The position numbers and the translations under genes were made by a program. The notes under the pieces are model-generated. The model was not told the origin of the DNA. It did not search any database and was given only the letters and a program-made list of their open reading frames with translations. A DNA stretch of 64,000 nucleotides, from positions 104,284,001 to 104,348,000 of the forward strand of contig OX597819.1 in assembly GCA_951406725.2 (NCBI GenBank), in the 5' to 3' direction. The stretch's first letter is position 1; each line of letters begins with the position of its first letter. The stretch comes from Octopus vulgaris (taxonomy: Eukaryota). Positions 28,890 to 44,269 of the stretch are shown here, piece after piece.

Positions 28890-28920
<31 letters not shown>

Positions 28921-29559
28921 CTGTGTGTGTGTGTATAAATGTGTGTGCATGCGTACGTGCGTGTGTGTGTGTTTGTTCCCGAGCAGCACTTCAAAGCTGG
29001 TGCTGGTTTGTTTACGTCCCCGTAAGTTAGCGATTCGGCAAAAGAAACTGACAGAATAAGTACAATCTTAGAAGGAAGTACTGGGGTCGATTCGTTCAAT
29101 TAAAGTTCCTCAAGACGTTGCCCCAGCATGGCCATAGTCTAATGAGTAAAAAAAAAGCAAAAGACATGCACACGCATACACATACATGTATACATATGCA
29201 TGTGTGTGTGTGTGTGTGTGTGAATATATATGTATTTGTATGTGATGTAGAGTTCATAGATAAAAATTATGTTGGTTTAATTCTGCGAATCATTCCATAA
29301 CTGTAGTACAGTAAGATTTCCATCCATTCATATTTCCACACATCCACGCACGGCAGCTTACATTGAACAACACTGAGCTGTATGCTAAATCTATTATGAT
29401 CAGTTTTATCCCCAACATGTTATTCACTAAGTACTTTTAGTTCCGACAACGAAAAGTTATAATCGTAGCTTATATTAGGTGCTCTTTGTATGCCTTTTTT
29501 GTGTATGCATGTATGTGCGCGTGTGTGTTTGTGTGTACTGCCAATACAAAGACATTGTA

Positions 29560-30101
29560 AGTACACGCAACCAGCAGAATTCAGAAAAACATCGCAGATG
29601 TGCGTGCAGCTGTGAGAGAAAAATCGTTGAATCACCATCCGTGAGTTATCAGAGGATGTGCAGTTTAGTTACGGTTCAGTTCTGTCCATTATCACCGAAG
29701 ATTTGGGTATGAGATGCATGTCTGTCAAGTTTGTACCAAAACTGCTTTCAGCTGACCAAAAAGGCACTCGGGTTTCAGTTGCACAAGATCTTCTTGATTG
29801 TGTCGAGAACGATGAGATCTTTTTGAAAAAACTCTGCGGAGGCCTCTGAGCATGTACCGCCATGCTTTTGGAAAAATTTGATGTAGATTTTCTGCTCAAT
29901 CTTCTCTGTCATGGTGAATGCGACGATCATACGCTACACACCTTCCTTCCAAGCACTGCTATAAACAGCAGAAGTGAGCTAGAATGCTTAGTGCGCATGC
30001 TTAGCAGAGTTTAAGGTCAAACTGTGCCAAGTGGTTTCCCTTTACGTGCTTTAACTTCGCTACTACGGTAACAGTCAGGATAGTTATTGATCAACCAACG
30101 T
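29560..30101. mobile_element. Tc1/mariner remnant
   Basis: Plus-strand peptide ITEDLGMRCMSVKFVPKLLSADQKGTRVSVAQDLLDCVENDEIFLK (mariner WVPxxL linker region); TIR-like end GATAGTTATTGATCAACCAACGT. Confidence 0.7.
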
Positions 30102-30216
30102 TTGTATATTTTTATAAATATTTAGCGTTCTCACTTATCAGTTTCATAAGTGCTAACACACGAAACTCTCAGACCTTGAGACACTCTATTACAACTGCTA
30201 AATATATATCTATCTA

Positions 30217-30296
<80 letters not shown>

Positions 30297-31242
30297 AAGG
30301 TATGTAGAAAAATACAACATGGACAAGAACGTATAACTCTTAGAAGACGACACAATAAACACGGACAGGACATTCGAAACCCTCAGTCTTCAGTCAAGAA
30401 CCGGATCATCGTAGTAATTTCGGCTGAATATGCAGTATATGTATTGATGTATATAAGCATATATATATGTACAATATGGGTGAAAATGGGCAATAACATT
30501 AAAGAATTTTATTATATTTACACAAATTAAAGCGACAAAAATAAGTGTAATATTTCTTTTAGATATATTAAATCCTTTGGAACTTACACTGTACCGGTTT
30601 TTATCCATTCCTCTGTTCTTATCAAATGAAAATAATAAGTCCAGTAGAATGAACAAAACTGGTTAAAATATAAGTCAAAAAGATTTAATTCCTCTGAACG
30701 AAATACTACAATCGTTTTTGTCTCTTTAGTTTGTTAAATTTTGAGTAAGTAGTGGGAGAGGCGGCAAATCAATTGCATAAGTCTCGGTGTCCTACTAGTA
30801 TTTCTTTTATCGACCCCAAAAGGATGAAAGGCAAAGTCAACCTCGGTGGAAACTCAGAAAGTTAAAATGGACGAAAGGCCGGTAAGTATTTTGCCTGGTG
30901 TGCTTACAATTCTGCCTGCTCATTGCCTTAATAATTTGTGTAAACATATCACAATAATTCTCTTATCGTGCATTTTTGTATATATAAGACAACCTGATTG
31001 GTGAGGAGGAACTGGCAGAATCGTTAGCATGTCGGACAAAATGTAGCATTACTCAACTCTCTTTGTGTTCTAAGTTCGGAAACTTTACCGTTCATCATAT
31101 CTGTTTCGATAAAATATAGTACCGGTCAAGTACTGGAACCGATGCAATCGACTATTACTTCCTCCTACTATTATATACAAGCACAAGAAATATATTTAAA
31201 TTAGCTGCGCCATTAGAGGCAAACATACACACCGACTATACC

Positions 31243-31475
31243 TAATTCTTTATTACCCACAAGGGGCTAAACACAGAGGGGACAAACAAGGACAGACATA
31301 GGTATTAAGTCGATTACATCGACTCCAGTGCGTAACTGGTACTTAATTTATCGACCCCGAAAGGATGAAAGGCAAAGTCGACCTCGGCGGAACTTGAACT
31401 CACAACGTAACGCAGACGAAATACCGCTAAGCATTTCGCCCGGCGTGCTAACGTTTCTGCCAGCTCGCCGCCTTA
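31243..31475 (-). mobile_element. Full-length young Meta-domain-like SINE with a 16-bp target-site duplication
   Basis: TSD ACACACCGACTATACC at 31227-31242 and 31476-31491. Confidence 0.9.
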
Positions 31476-32001
31476 ACACACCGACTATACCACAAGCGCG
31501 CACGCACACACACAGACACACCTGCGCGCATGCTTTCTCCAATCACACTCAATGCAGCTCACTAAATATTCTGCTTACATTTTAACTATATTTTATCTAT
31601 TGAGCTTAGGTAACGGAACGTGGGATTAATGGTATTAAGTGTTGCTCTACACTCTGAAATTGAATGGTAGCTGAAACTGTGTGTATCTAACATTAGCGTA
31701 GCTATTTAATGAATTATATACTAATTTGCAATCTGAAATTGGCAATTTTAAATGAATTTTGTATCAGCCTGATTTTTGTTTTTAATTTAATAATTAATAT
31801 ATGTCTGACTCTTAGTAGAAATGTCTAATAAGCTTACACGATACATTCCCAGAATGAGTGTGAGTGTGTGTGATTGCTTGTGTATCTGTGAGCGTGTATG
31901 TGTGTGCTTATATGAGTGCATGTAGGTATGTATGTATTTAATATTTGTGTGTCGGTGCACTTTATGTGCATATATACGCATGTCTATGTGTATATACCTT
32001 C

Positions 32002-32039
<38 letters not shown>

Positions 32040-32046
<7 letters not shown>

Positions 32047-32633
32047 GTAGATGGAAACTGAAAGAAGTCTGTTGTATATATATATATTCTCTTATTTGTT
32101 TCAGTCATTTGACTGTGGCCATGCTTGAGCAGCGCCTTTTTAGACGAAGAAATCGACCCCATGACATATTCTTTGTAAACATAGTACTTATTCTATCGGC
32201 ATCTTTTGCCGAACAGCTAATTTAGGGGGACATAAACACACCAACACTGGTTATCAAGCGATGGTGGGCGGATAAACACCGACACAAAGACACAAAGAGA
32301 CAGCCAGACAGACACACACACACAGATTCCGTCTACCAAATCCACTCACGTGGCTTTAGTCGGCCAGAGGCTATAGTAGAAGACACTTGCCCAAGGTGCA
32401 ACGCAGTGGGACTGAAACCGGAACCATGTGGTTGGGAAGCAAGCTCTTGTAGGTATATATTTATGTGCATTTGATGCTGGTGTGTTTATACCACTGTAAC
32501 TTAGCGGTTCGGCAAAATACACCGATAGAATAAGCTCACAAAAAATAAGTCATGGGGTAGATTTCTTCTACTAAAACTATTTCAGGCGGTGATCTAGCAT
32601 GGCTACAGTCAAATGACTGAAACAAATAAAAGA

Positions 32634-32635
<2 letters not shown>
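32040..32635. mobile_element. CORE-like tRNA SINE pieces in both orientations
   Basis: Matches 43820-44269 (GAAGACACTTGCCCAAGG, GTCAAATGACTGAAACAA). Confidence 0.75.
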
Positions 32636-32694
<59 letters not shown>

Positions 32695-32867
32695 TACATA
32701 CATAAATATAGACATACGTACATGCACACATACACATACATACGCATATATGCGTATACATGCGCGTAAACTATACAGGCACAAAAATTTAACATGCACA
32801 GACATAAATATATGTACGCACACACACACACACACATATATGTAGTCACATAAATATGTATGTATGC

Positions 32868-32904
<37 letters not shown>

Positions 32905-33479
32905 CCTATCTATCTATGTATCTATCTATCTATCTAACTATCTAAATATGTCTATATATGAATGAATATACTTTATTATTATTAAAGCTGCAAAAATATA
33001 AAAAACTGCTACTCAAAGTTTCACATACCCGTTCGTCATGCATTTGTGATATTTTTGTGATATTTTTGCATCTTTAACAATAAATAAATCATATTACTAT
33101 ACCTCTGGTATTCGAATCCTATCTTTTCCCACCTTGTTTCACTTTTATGTGCTTACTCTGGTGTATCAATGAATACATGTATTTAATGTATATATATATG
33201 TATATATTTATTATATACATAAGTTTATATATATGTATATTTGTATGAACGCATAGTTTATATAACCAGATGTGTATGTATGTATAAACACACACACACA
33301 TATGAATGTGTGTGTGTATATTTACATATACATACATGCACACATACATATATATGCATAAATGTATATATAAAGAAATGTGATAAAAGCAATGCAATGA
33401 AAATATTGAATGCCAGTAAGAGAAGGGTGATGTGACATTAGGGTGGTTATCCACCTCGACGATGATCTAAAATTGTTTT

Positions 33480-33780
33480 GTAGTCAATGTTGCGAGAAAC
33501 ATTTATCGACACACGACGGAGAAAGCATTGGTCTCTTGCCTAACGGCTAAAATGCTAAGCCTTGTGTTTCCGAAATGTTTCCATGCGTTTTCTAGAACAT
33601 TCTGCCAGCGAATAACGGAAATTAACTCCCCTTGCCCTCCGGTCGTTTAGTCAATCAACCATTGGCGTTCTCGATGGGAAGATGCAATCTGATTGGCCGA
33701 CGTCTCTGCCAAGAGGAAGTGATGTCATCACATACGATGCCTGAAATAATTGCAAGCCATTAACACTTTCCTTTATAAGT
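33480..33780. promoter_or_regulatory. Possible promoter/enhancer island
   Basis: Non-repetitive, CpG-containing; three ATTGG (CCAAT) boxes including CTGATTGGCC, ETS-like AGGAAGTG, CRE-like TGATGTCA and GACGTC. Confidence 0.3.
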
Positions 33781-33856
33781 AAATTAGGTCGCTCATGAGA
33801 TACCTCTTCGTTCCACTCTACCTGCTCCTCTCTCTCTCTCCGCCTAACTATTTCAA

Positions 33857-33910
<54 letters not shown>

Positions 33911-34758
33911 GTCTGTCTGTCTGTCTGTCAATCTGTCTCTATCTCTCTAACTAACTGTCAGTCTCTGTATAACTATCTCTCTCTCTCTCGCTCTCTCTCT
34001 CTCTCGCTCTCTCTCTCTCCCTCTCTCTTTGTATAATATCTATCTAAATTCCTACCTTCCTATCTTTCTATCTATTTACCTGCATATCTGTTTCTCAAAT
34101 TTCTCCTGTTCTTTCTATATTCTTTAAAAATATATCCTATTTCAACACTTTCCTTCTTTTACGTCTGTCACTCACTTATTCACTTTCTTCTTCTTCTTCC
34201 TTTATTTCTCCTTCCTTCATTCCATCCATTTCTCTCTCTAGAAATCCTTATATCTTTCTCTCCTCACTGTTATATTCTTCCATAACTTTCCTCACACTTC
34301 CCACTCATTACAAATCACTCTCTCTCTCTCTTTCTCTCTCTCCACTTCTCACTATATTTACTTTGCTCTTTCTTCTTCGTCACCTCTTCCTTCCACTCCT
34401 ACTATGCCACACTTCCGCTCTCTTTGTCTTAGTTTCTCACCTTCCTGTACACCTATCCTCCCTTTCACGCCATCATAACCACTCTCTCATTTCCCTCCCA
34501 TTTACTCCTCCCTCTCCACTTTCACACCTTCATTATCTTTTTGATTACCATCTTCATTACGACCACACATTCTTCTTTCTCTCTCTGTCTCCCTCCTCTC
34601 TCACTCTCAGTCTCTCATACTCTCACTGCACCTCGTCTATACTCTCTCTCCTTCACACTCCACTCCCTATTTTTTTAAACATAATGCTCCAATAAAATCA
34701 TTGAAGACCACATTGAATTTTTTTTTTAATTTAATACAACTATGTCCTACACTATCAT

Positions 34759-34759
<1 letters not shown>

Positions 34760-34794
<35 letters not shown>

Positions 34795-35520
34795 GTCGTC
34801 GTCGTCGTCGTCGTCTTCGTTGTCGCCGTCGTCGTCGTCACCGTCTTCATCGTTGTCGTCGTCGTCGTCGTCGTCGCCGCCGCCACCGCCGCGACCACCA
34901 CCACCACCACCAACACCACCACCACCAACACCTCCCCTTAAGTTGTTGATGTTCTTTTTTCTTTTGTTCTTTTCTTCCTCCACCTTCAACTTTGTCTTTT
35001 TCCATGTTCTTTCCTCCTCCTCCTCCTCCTCCTCCTTCTTCTTCCCCTACTCCTCCTGCCGCTCCTGCCCCTCCTGCCACTTAAGCCCCTGCTTCTCTTC
35101 CTCCTCCATCTCTTCTTTTTCTTTTTCTTCTCCTGCCCCGTCTTCTTTTTCTTCTTCTTCTTCTTCTTCTTCTTCCACCTCTTCTTCTTTTTCTTCTTCT
35201 TCTTCCACCTCATCTTTCTTCTTCCACCTCCTCTTCCTTCTTCTTCTTCTTCTTCTTCTTCTTCTCCTTCTTCTTCTTCTTCTTTGTCGTCATCGTCCGT
35301 CGTCTTTTCATGTTCTTCTATTCCTTCTTGCATTCTTCGCCTGTTCCGTTCCCTTCTTCTTGCCCTCCTCCCATCGCATCTTTGCACCCTTCTCTATACA
35401 GCAAAGATGAAACGTTTATAATATTTCCAGTGCAGCAAGTTAATTAGAAGTCGTGCAAATATATGTTCATGCGTGAGTAACGCTGGAAATTTCACCGATT
35501 TACATCATCATCATCAACGC

Positions 35521-35560
<40 letters not shown>

Positions 35561-35700
35561 GTCAGCGTCATCATCATCGTCGTCGTCATCATCATCATCA
35601 TCATCATCATCATCGTTGTCGCCATCGTCGCCGTCGTCAGTATCATCATCATCATCATGAGAGTCATCGTAGCATCACCACAGCCGTCCTCTCCTCCCCT
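34760..35700. repeat. Trinucleotide repeat field (CAT/CGT/CAC/CTT/CCT)
   Basis: Direct inspection; explains the poly-S/P/H/R/D/E ORFs. Confidence 0.9.
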
Positions 35701-35832
35701 CCCGCTCTTCTAGTCCTCTTTTAGTCTTTGTTGCTGCTATTGCTGTTGCAGTTCCTGTACATTCAAGTTTTAAATAAAGAAAATTTCAAAATGAATAACA
35801 CTCACACATACATACATGCGCACATATACAGG

Positions 35833-35878
<46 letters not shown>

Positions 35879-35948
35879 TATACATACATACTTATATACA
35901 TACATACTTATATACATACATACATACATTCATGCATACATACATACA

Positions 35949-35982
<34 letters not shown>

Positions 35983-36073
35983 CATTCACACACAGATACA
36001 TAGACAACATGCCTCCTCACTACATATATATATATATATATATGTTATTTTGAATTTCAATGAATTAGGGAAA

Positions 36074-36121
<48 letters not shown>

Positions 36122-36301
36122 ATATATATGTATATATACATACATACACCCATATATATTATATATATACACATATACACATCTATCTCTTTATATATCG
36201 TATATATATCTCCATATATTGATGTATATATATACACACATACATATGTATGCTTCCGATATATGTGTAAATGTTAGTATATATGCATACATACACCTAC
36301 T

Positions 36302-36358
<57 letters not shown>

Positions 36359-36487
36359 ACATGTATATACATATATGCATACATATACGTACATGATACA
36401 TGTGTATAAATATATATATTTACACACACACACAAACATACACATGTATATATATAAATATATATATATGTATGCAGGTATGAGCGT

Positions 36488-36520
<33 letters not shown>

Positions 36521-36666
36521 CATACATAGCTATAGACATGTGCATATCACATGCACTCACACATATTTGTATGTATAAATATACATAAAAATATATGTAT
36601 CTGATATAGGTATATATACATATATATGTATGTATATATATATATATATACATATGTATGTGTAGC

Positions 36667-36723
<57 letters not shown>

Positions 36724-38204
36724 ATGTATGTATAATATGTATATGTATATGTATGTATACATACATCCGCACACACACACACACACACATACACATACAG
36801 ACACACATATGTATATGAGAGCACGTTCCTAATAACATATATGCAATTATTTCTTCATTGAAGTTTAAATTAAATCTTAATCCAAATTATAAATGGAGCT
36901 AGGTGTTTTAACGATGAAGCTGGAGGGATAGGTGGAGATGAGGAATAGTGAGGATAAAGATAAATAAAGTGGTAGGAGTAGTGAGGGTAAGAGTGATAGG
37001 GAGGTAGACTGGAAGAGTGGGGTATACTGGGAGTATGAGGCGGCTTCATCTGTGAATGGTACATAGGAATGGCTGGAGGAGACTGTGGGTGTTTCTGATG
37101 GCGTTGCTAACGCTGTTGTGACGATGATGATGATGATGATGATGATAACGATGGGGATGATGAAGATGATGACTATGATGATGAGAATGACGGTTAAAAT
37201 AATGATATTGATGATGATGATGAAGATGATGATGATGAAGATGACGATGACGACGATGATGATGATGATGATGGTGATGATCAGACGATAATGGAGATGA
37301 TGGCAAGAACGTTGAAGATGACGACGACGATGACGACAAGGACGACGACGATTTTGTTGATGATGATGATGATGATATTGTTTACAGATATGGTTTACAA
37401 TTGTTGGTCGTGATCATGACGATACTGAAAACGGTGAATTTAAAAATGGAGAAGGAAATGTGGAAAAGGAAGAAAATAGAGATATAGGTGGAGGAAGTGT
37501 AAGAGACGAAGTAGGATGAGGTAGAAAAAGAAAAAAGAAAATTAGGCGCTAAAGAAAAGCGTAAAAAAAAACTGAATGAAAGAGAAGAAGCAGGAGGAGG
37601 TGAAGAAGAGAAAAAGAGCAAGAATAGGAGGAGAAAGAGAAGGGGTTGTTGAATAATGAAGTCAATGAAGAAAATCTGGCATCGAAGAAGAGACAGGAAA
37701 ACAATGAAAGAAATGAAGAGAAAAGAAAGAAAGAGAAAGAAAGAGATAATGCAACAGAATACGTAACAACAAATAATAATAATGTTTATTTGTGAGATTG
37801 CATGTATGTATGTATGTATATGTGTGTATGTCGGGGTATGTATGTATGTATGTATGTATGTATGTATGTATGTATGTATGTATATGTGTGTGAATGTCGG
37901 GGTATGTATGTATGTATGTATGTATGTATGTATGTATGTATGTATGTATGTATATGTGTGTGTATGTCGGGGCATGTATGTATGTATGTGTGTATGTATA
38001 TGTGTGTGTATGTCGGGGTATGTATGTATTATGTACGTATGAATGTATATGTGCATGCGTGTGAATATGCATGCATCCGTATGTATGTATATATGTATGT
38101 GTGTATGTGAATGTGGTGTTACATTACACACACACACACACACACACACACTGACACACACATACGCAGACACACGCACACATAGGCACATATATGTAGT
38201 GGAT

Positions 38205-38440
38205 GCGCATCGGTAGTGGCTAGGCTATTGAAATCACGCTCGCAAGATCGCGGCTCCGCTTTCTCGACTGATGGTGCGATTTGCGCTTGAGCAAAATACT
38301 TCATTTCACGGTCCTCCATTCTACTCAACTGCCAAATATGAATAATCCATCGATGTACCGGCGCCGTCCCTTCCACTGAGAAATTTTGCGGCACAGAATC
38401 CCAGAAATGGGCTTGCCAGCGTTTGGCTCGGAGTCTTTTT
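38205..38440 (+). mobile_element. Highly diverged tRNA/CORE-like SINE
   Basis: A-box-like GTGGCTAGGC and CTTGAGCAAAATACTTCATTTCAC resembling the CORE box. Confidence 0.4.
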
Positions 38441-38594
38441 GACACACACATGCACGCACGCACACACACACACACGCACACACACACACACACCACCACC
38501 ACTATAACACACACACACACGTGTGTGTGTGTGTTATGGTGGCGTTTGCATTTGTACATAATTATGTATATGTAATCTTGAATATTATGTTATA

Positions 38595-38639
<45 letters not shown>

Positions 38640-38748
38640 CCATACATGCATACAAGTGTATGTATACATATATTTTGTATGTGTGTGTATGTGTATGTAT
38701 ATATATCTATCTATCATAATATACCTACGTACAAGTACACATATATAT

Positions 38749-38797
<49 letters not shown>

Positions 38798-38879
38798 AGG
38801 TATTAATATGTGTGTGTACTTGCTTATGTATACGTTTACACACATATATGTATGTATATATATATACATATATATATAC

Positions 38880-38935
<56 letters not shown>

Positions 38936-39137
38936 CATATATATATACATTTTTTTGTCTTTTGAATATAATATATCCAAGAATAAAATATCCTTTGTGA
39001 TTTTTTAAAAGACGTCCGGATGTGATGTGAATAAAATTTAGCTTCTATGTCTAGCATATGAAATAACACGTATACAGTCACAAAGAGATATACACACCAA
39101 CCATCACACAAACATATATATATATATATTAAATATA

Positions 39138-39203
<66 letters not shown>

Positions 39204-39511
39204 TACATATATATATATAAATATACACACACACATATATGTATATATACACGCATATATACACATACATCTATAAATGTATTGATGTGTGTGTATATAC
39301 GTATATACATATATACGGACACGCATACTCACACACACACATACCTGTACACACTCGCATATATTTCGCCTGGTCTTAATCATTGGATTGCTAATGATAA
39401 CGGCAAATTTTAAATCAATGATATCCAGCCCTCTATCTATTGTCTGCTGCATAGTTTCTCACTTCCGTTTGTCGGATTGCTGTCTTACGAGACACACCGA
39501 CACATAAAAGA

Positions 39512-39569
<58 letters not shown>

Positions 39570-39728
39570 ATCTATTTTTGTATGTATGTAATGTAAGAAT
39601 GTATATATGTGTGTGCGTGTGTGTATGCATGTATGTATATGTATGTGTTTACATATGAATATATGTGTGTGTGCATATGAATATACATATATATGCATTC
39701 ATACATATACACACATGCATGTTGACAT

Positions 39729-39823
<95 letters not shown>

Positions 39824-40636
39824 TATGGATCCCTTCCATGGGCGAATGGGTTATGTCCGTTGGCTTTTAAAATAAAATATATTTGATATATATAAGAATC
39901 TCTTCCAGGGGCCCTATCATCGATTTTTTCAACAATATGAGTATATCATGATTTCTCAAACATGAGTTCTACTCACGTAACAAATTTTATCGAAATCAAT
40001 AACGCGATATAGAAGGAGTTAGCTAACTTCACAAACACACCCGCATTGTGAATTTCCCACATATGTAGTAGATATATATATTCTACTATGGGTAGTTGCT
40101 TGTATGCTTCAATGATCTTGAGAGCAATGCCAGCGGACAGCAATATGTAGGGAGTTACATGCTGGACAGCTGAACTACGATGGACAACCTCTTCCCATAT
40201 GTAAAAGTGAGTTTGCATTGGGCTATCACCACTACCTAGAAAAAAGGAAAAAGAGTTACAGAAGCATGGATGACAATTGAAGCCAACAACACAACGGATG
40301 GGAATTCTTTCGTTCAAGAAAACATGATGCTGTGCAGCAAAATTCAAAAGGCTGAAAAAGCATAGATCCAACAGCACAGAAGTAGATAAAACTGCCCAAG
40401 AGTCTAGAACAGTGGAGAAAAGTCGTTGAAAACCTTGCTCCGTAGGAGTATATATATATATACTTGGTATATAATATATATCCGCACAGTTTCTGTTAAC
40501 AGAATTTCACTTACAAACCAAAGTATTTTCCAACCCGAGATTTTAATGGAAGACGCTTGCCCTAGACGCCAAGCGTTGGTTACTACCTTGAACGACGGTT
40601 GTCGTAAATCAAATTCTGAATCACACAGTTATTCTT

Positions 40637-40705
<69 letters not shown>

Positions 40706-40971
40706 CATTTAAATTCACACATCTAAATTCATACGCTCATCAATGTATGATGACGATTGCCACATCTGACACGATGAGGCAATCATCAGATGTTCATATA
40801 CACATCTGTGGTATGTGAATATGTTTATACACACGCACACACAGACACACACACGCACACTCACACACACACGCATATATATAAATATACATGTGTACAC
40901 ACATACGCATACACATATAGGCGATCATATATATTAATACAAACATATATGCATATATTTATATATATATA

Positions 40972-41003
<32 letters not shown>

Positions 41004-41056
41004 CATGCATATATACATATGTATATATATGTAATACTAACACACGCAGGTATGTG

Positions 41057-41107
<51 letters not shown>

Positions 41108-41156
41108 CAAACACACACACACTCACACACACATATATGTACATATGTATGTATGT

Positions 41157-41668
41157 GATTGTTCAGTCTTATTTCAAGATTTTCTTGCCAATAGAGAGAG
41201 CCAGTTTCTAACCTAGATCCAAGGTTCCTTCATGGCAACTTCAACATCAACAGGGTATTATTGTTTCTATGTATGTATGTATGTATGTATGTATGTATGT
41301 ATGTATGTATGTATGTATGTATGTATGTATGTATGTACATATGTATGTATGATGTATGTATGTATCTATGTATGTATCTATGTATGTATTTTTACGTGTT
41401 CAAGTGATGGATTGAACCTGTTGTCATCGAATTAGCTTTCTCCTTTCTGGTTTTGAGAAGCCTAATTTCTCAGGATTGGTATTTAGGCAATGTGTTACAT
41501 ATCCCTGGGTCCCAATAATTACAGGTATAAACCTGAACTTGTGATCTGGATAGAGTAACTGCAGATTTCTCAATAGTTCAGCGTAGGTATTCTCTTTTTC
41601 ACTTTATGTTAGCATCCGCTGGGCAGCTAATTTCTGCAACTCTACACAGTTTCTCTTTGCTATCCCAA
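41157..41668 (-). mobile_element. 3' end of an RLE-type (R4/Dong-like) non-LTR retrotransposon in (CATA)n
   Basis: rc peptides AEISCPAD and ENTYAELLRNLQLLYPDHKFRFIPVIIGTQGYV, typical of restriction-like endonuclease C-termini; bounded by (TATG)n tracts. Confidence 0.7.
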
Positions 41669-41881
41669 TACATGTACGTGTGTATGTATGTATGTATGTA
41701 TGTATGTAATGTATGTATGTATGTATGTATGTATGTATGTATGTATGTATCAGTTTGGGGAGCAAAAAATATAAATAGAACTCTCGCATGAGTATATAAA
41801 TTTTATTCTTAACCTCTAAAATTAACAAACTGACTCGTGTGTTCGACTCTATATTCACTTTGTAACTTCTGCCATTTGAAG

Positions 41882-41921
<40 letters not shown>

Positions 41922-41951
41922 TCACACACACACGTATGTATTGCGTGTATG

Positions 41952-42026
<75 letters not shown>

Positions 42027-42145
42027 TTATTAAATATGTACATGTATACCTGCATACAAAAACACATATATACGTATTCATATAAAGAGATATGTATGAA
42101 TGCATGTACGTATGTATGTATGTATCTCTCTCTCTCTCTCTCTCC

Positions 42146-42180
<35 letters not shown>

Positions 42181-42356
42181 GCTATCTATCTATTTATCTA
42201 TCTATTAGCTGTTTCAGTTTGTCTGTCAATCGGTCTATATCCATTCACAGCTAGACGAAAATATGTCTATATAGATGTGTTTTTGCATATGTGTGTGTGT
42301 ATGCGTGTTTGCGTGTGTGTGTGTGTGTGTGTGTTTTATAAGCATGTAGATGTATC

Positions 42357-42396
<40 letters not shown>

Positions 42397-42796
42397 TCCA
42401 GGCGTTGTATGTGTGTGAGTCTGTACTGAATATGTATGTATATGCGGCCTGTGCATATGTGTATTGTGTGTGAGTCATGTACTTCTTAATGCCTGAGACT
42501 TTTGTGTTTATCTGTGTGTTTGCCATGTAAGTTTTCTGGATGAACATGTGTGGGTGGGTACGTGTTTGTTGCATAGCGTCGGAGTGTGAGTGCGCGTGTT
42601 TCTGCGTTTGTGTGTGTATGTGTGTGTGTGTGCGTTTGTGCGTATGTACGCGTGTGTGCATGTATGTGCGCATGTTTATGTGAGTGTGAACATGTGTCTG
42701 TCTATGTGTATCTGTGCGTCATCTTAACATTTATGCATACATATGTATATGTCTGTGTTAGGCATGTTACATATACGTACGAATTATGTATGCATG

Positions 42797-42831
<35 letters not shown>

Positions 42832-42912
42832 ACACACACGTAGATATATATATATATATGTATACATGAATATGTACATTGATGCATACACAGAGATGTA
42901 TCTATCTGTCTT

Positions 42913-42951
<39 letters not shown>

Positions 42952-42988
42952 GTCTGTCTATCTATCTATCTATATATATATATATATA

Positions 42989-43101
<113 letters not shown>

Positions 43102-43114
43102 ATATCTATCTATA

Positions 43115-43151
<37 letters not shown>

Positions 43152-43246
43152 GTATACATCCATGCTTCCTTTTATTTTTCTTTACGTACGCACATGTATA
43201 TTGTCACATACACCTACATATAAATATTTATAAATATGGGTATGTT

Positions 43247-43319
<73 letters not shown>

Positions 43320-43819
43320 AGATGTATGTATAAACACATATACATGTATATATCGATGCATCTTTACACACGAAAACACATACGTAGTTTTGTGTTTGTG
43401 TTTGTGTGTGTACACACACACAGACGCACACACACACAGACACATACACACACACACATATATATGTATATATATATGTATAAATGTATATATATATATA
43501 TATATATGTAAATATATAAGCATGTGGCGTGTACATGCGTATTTGTTTGATATTCTTGTTGTAATTGGTTACTCCTAGACTCGTAATAATCAAACACACG
43601 CATGCTCAAAAGACATTCTAGCCGAGACCATCACGATTGCTTCTTTGTTAAGCAGATACAATGTACCTCGGAATCAGTTATCTAGCGTTCAAATGACATC
43701 TAGCTGCTATTTCCATTGATCGAGTGACTATGTAAAGCTCCACTCAGAAATTCGTATTCTCTTAGTGTGTGTTAATGGGGTTTGTGTGCGCGTGTGTGAG
43801 TCAGTGTGATGTCTCTCTC

Positions 43820-44035
43820 TCTTTACTCTTACTCTTTTACTTGTTTCAGTCACTTGTCTGCGGCCATGCTGGAACACCGCCTTTAGTCGAGCAACTCGAC
43901 CCCGGGACTTATTCTTTTTGTAAGCCCAGTACTTATTCTATCGGTCTCTTTTTGCCGAACCGCTAAGTGACGGGGACGTAAACACACCAGCATCGGTTGT
44001 CAAGCAATGCTAAGGGAACAAACACAGACACACAA

Positions 44036-44104
<69 letters not shown>

Positions 44105-44269
44105 TATGACAGGCTTCTTTCAGTTTCCGTCTACCAAATCCACTCACAAGGCATTGGTTGTCCCGGTGCTATAGCAGAAGACATTTGCCCAAGATGCCAC
44201 GCAGTGGGACTGAACCCGGAACCATGTGGTTGGTTAGCAAGCTACTTACCACACAGCCACTCCTGCGCC
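43820..44269 (-). mobile_element. Full-length CORE-like tRNA SINE with an internal (TA)/(TG) microsatellite
   Basis: rc head GGCGCAGGAGTGGCTGTGTGGTAAG...GGGTTCAGTCCCA, CORE-like TTGGGCAAATGTCTTCT, tail GACTGAAACAAGTAAAAGAG. Further copies or fragments at about 5810-5940, 9053-9197, 28960-29165, 45440-45790, 47420-47775, 49010-49190, 49430-49705. Confidence 0.85.

Noticed and set aside
34701-35724. Poly-Ser/Pro/His/Arg/Glu ORFs
   Set aside because: Trinucleotide repeat tracts with no domain content or splice evidence
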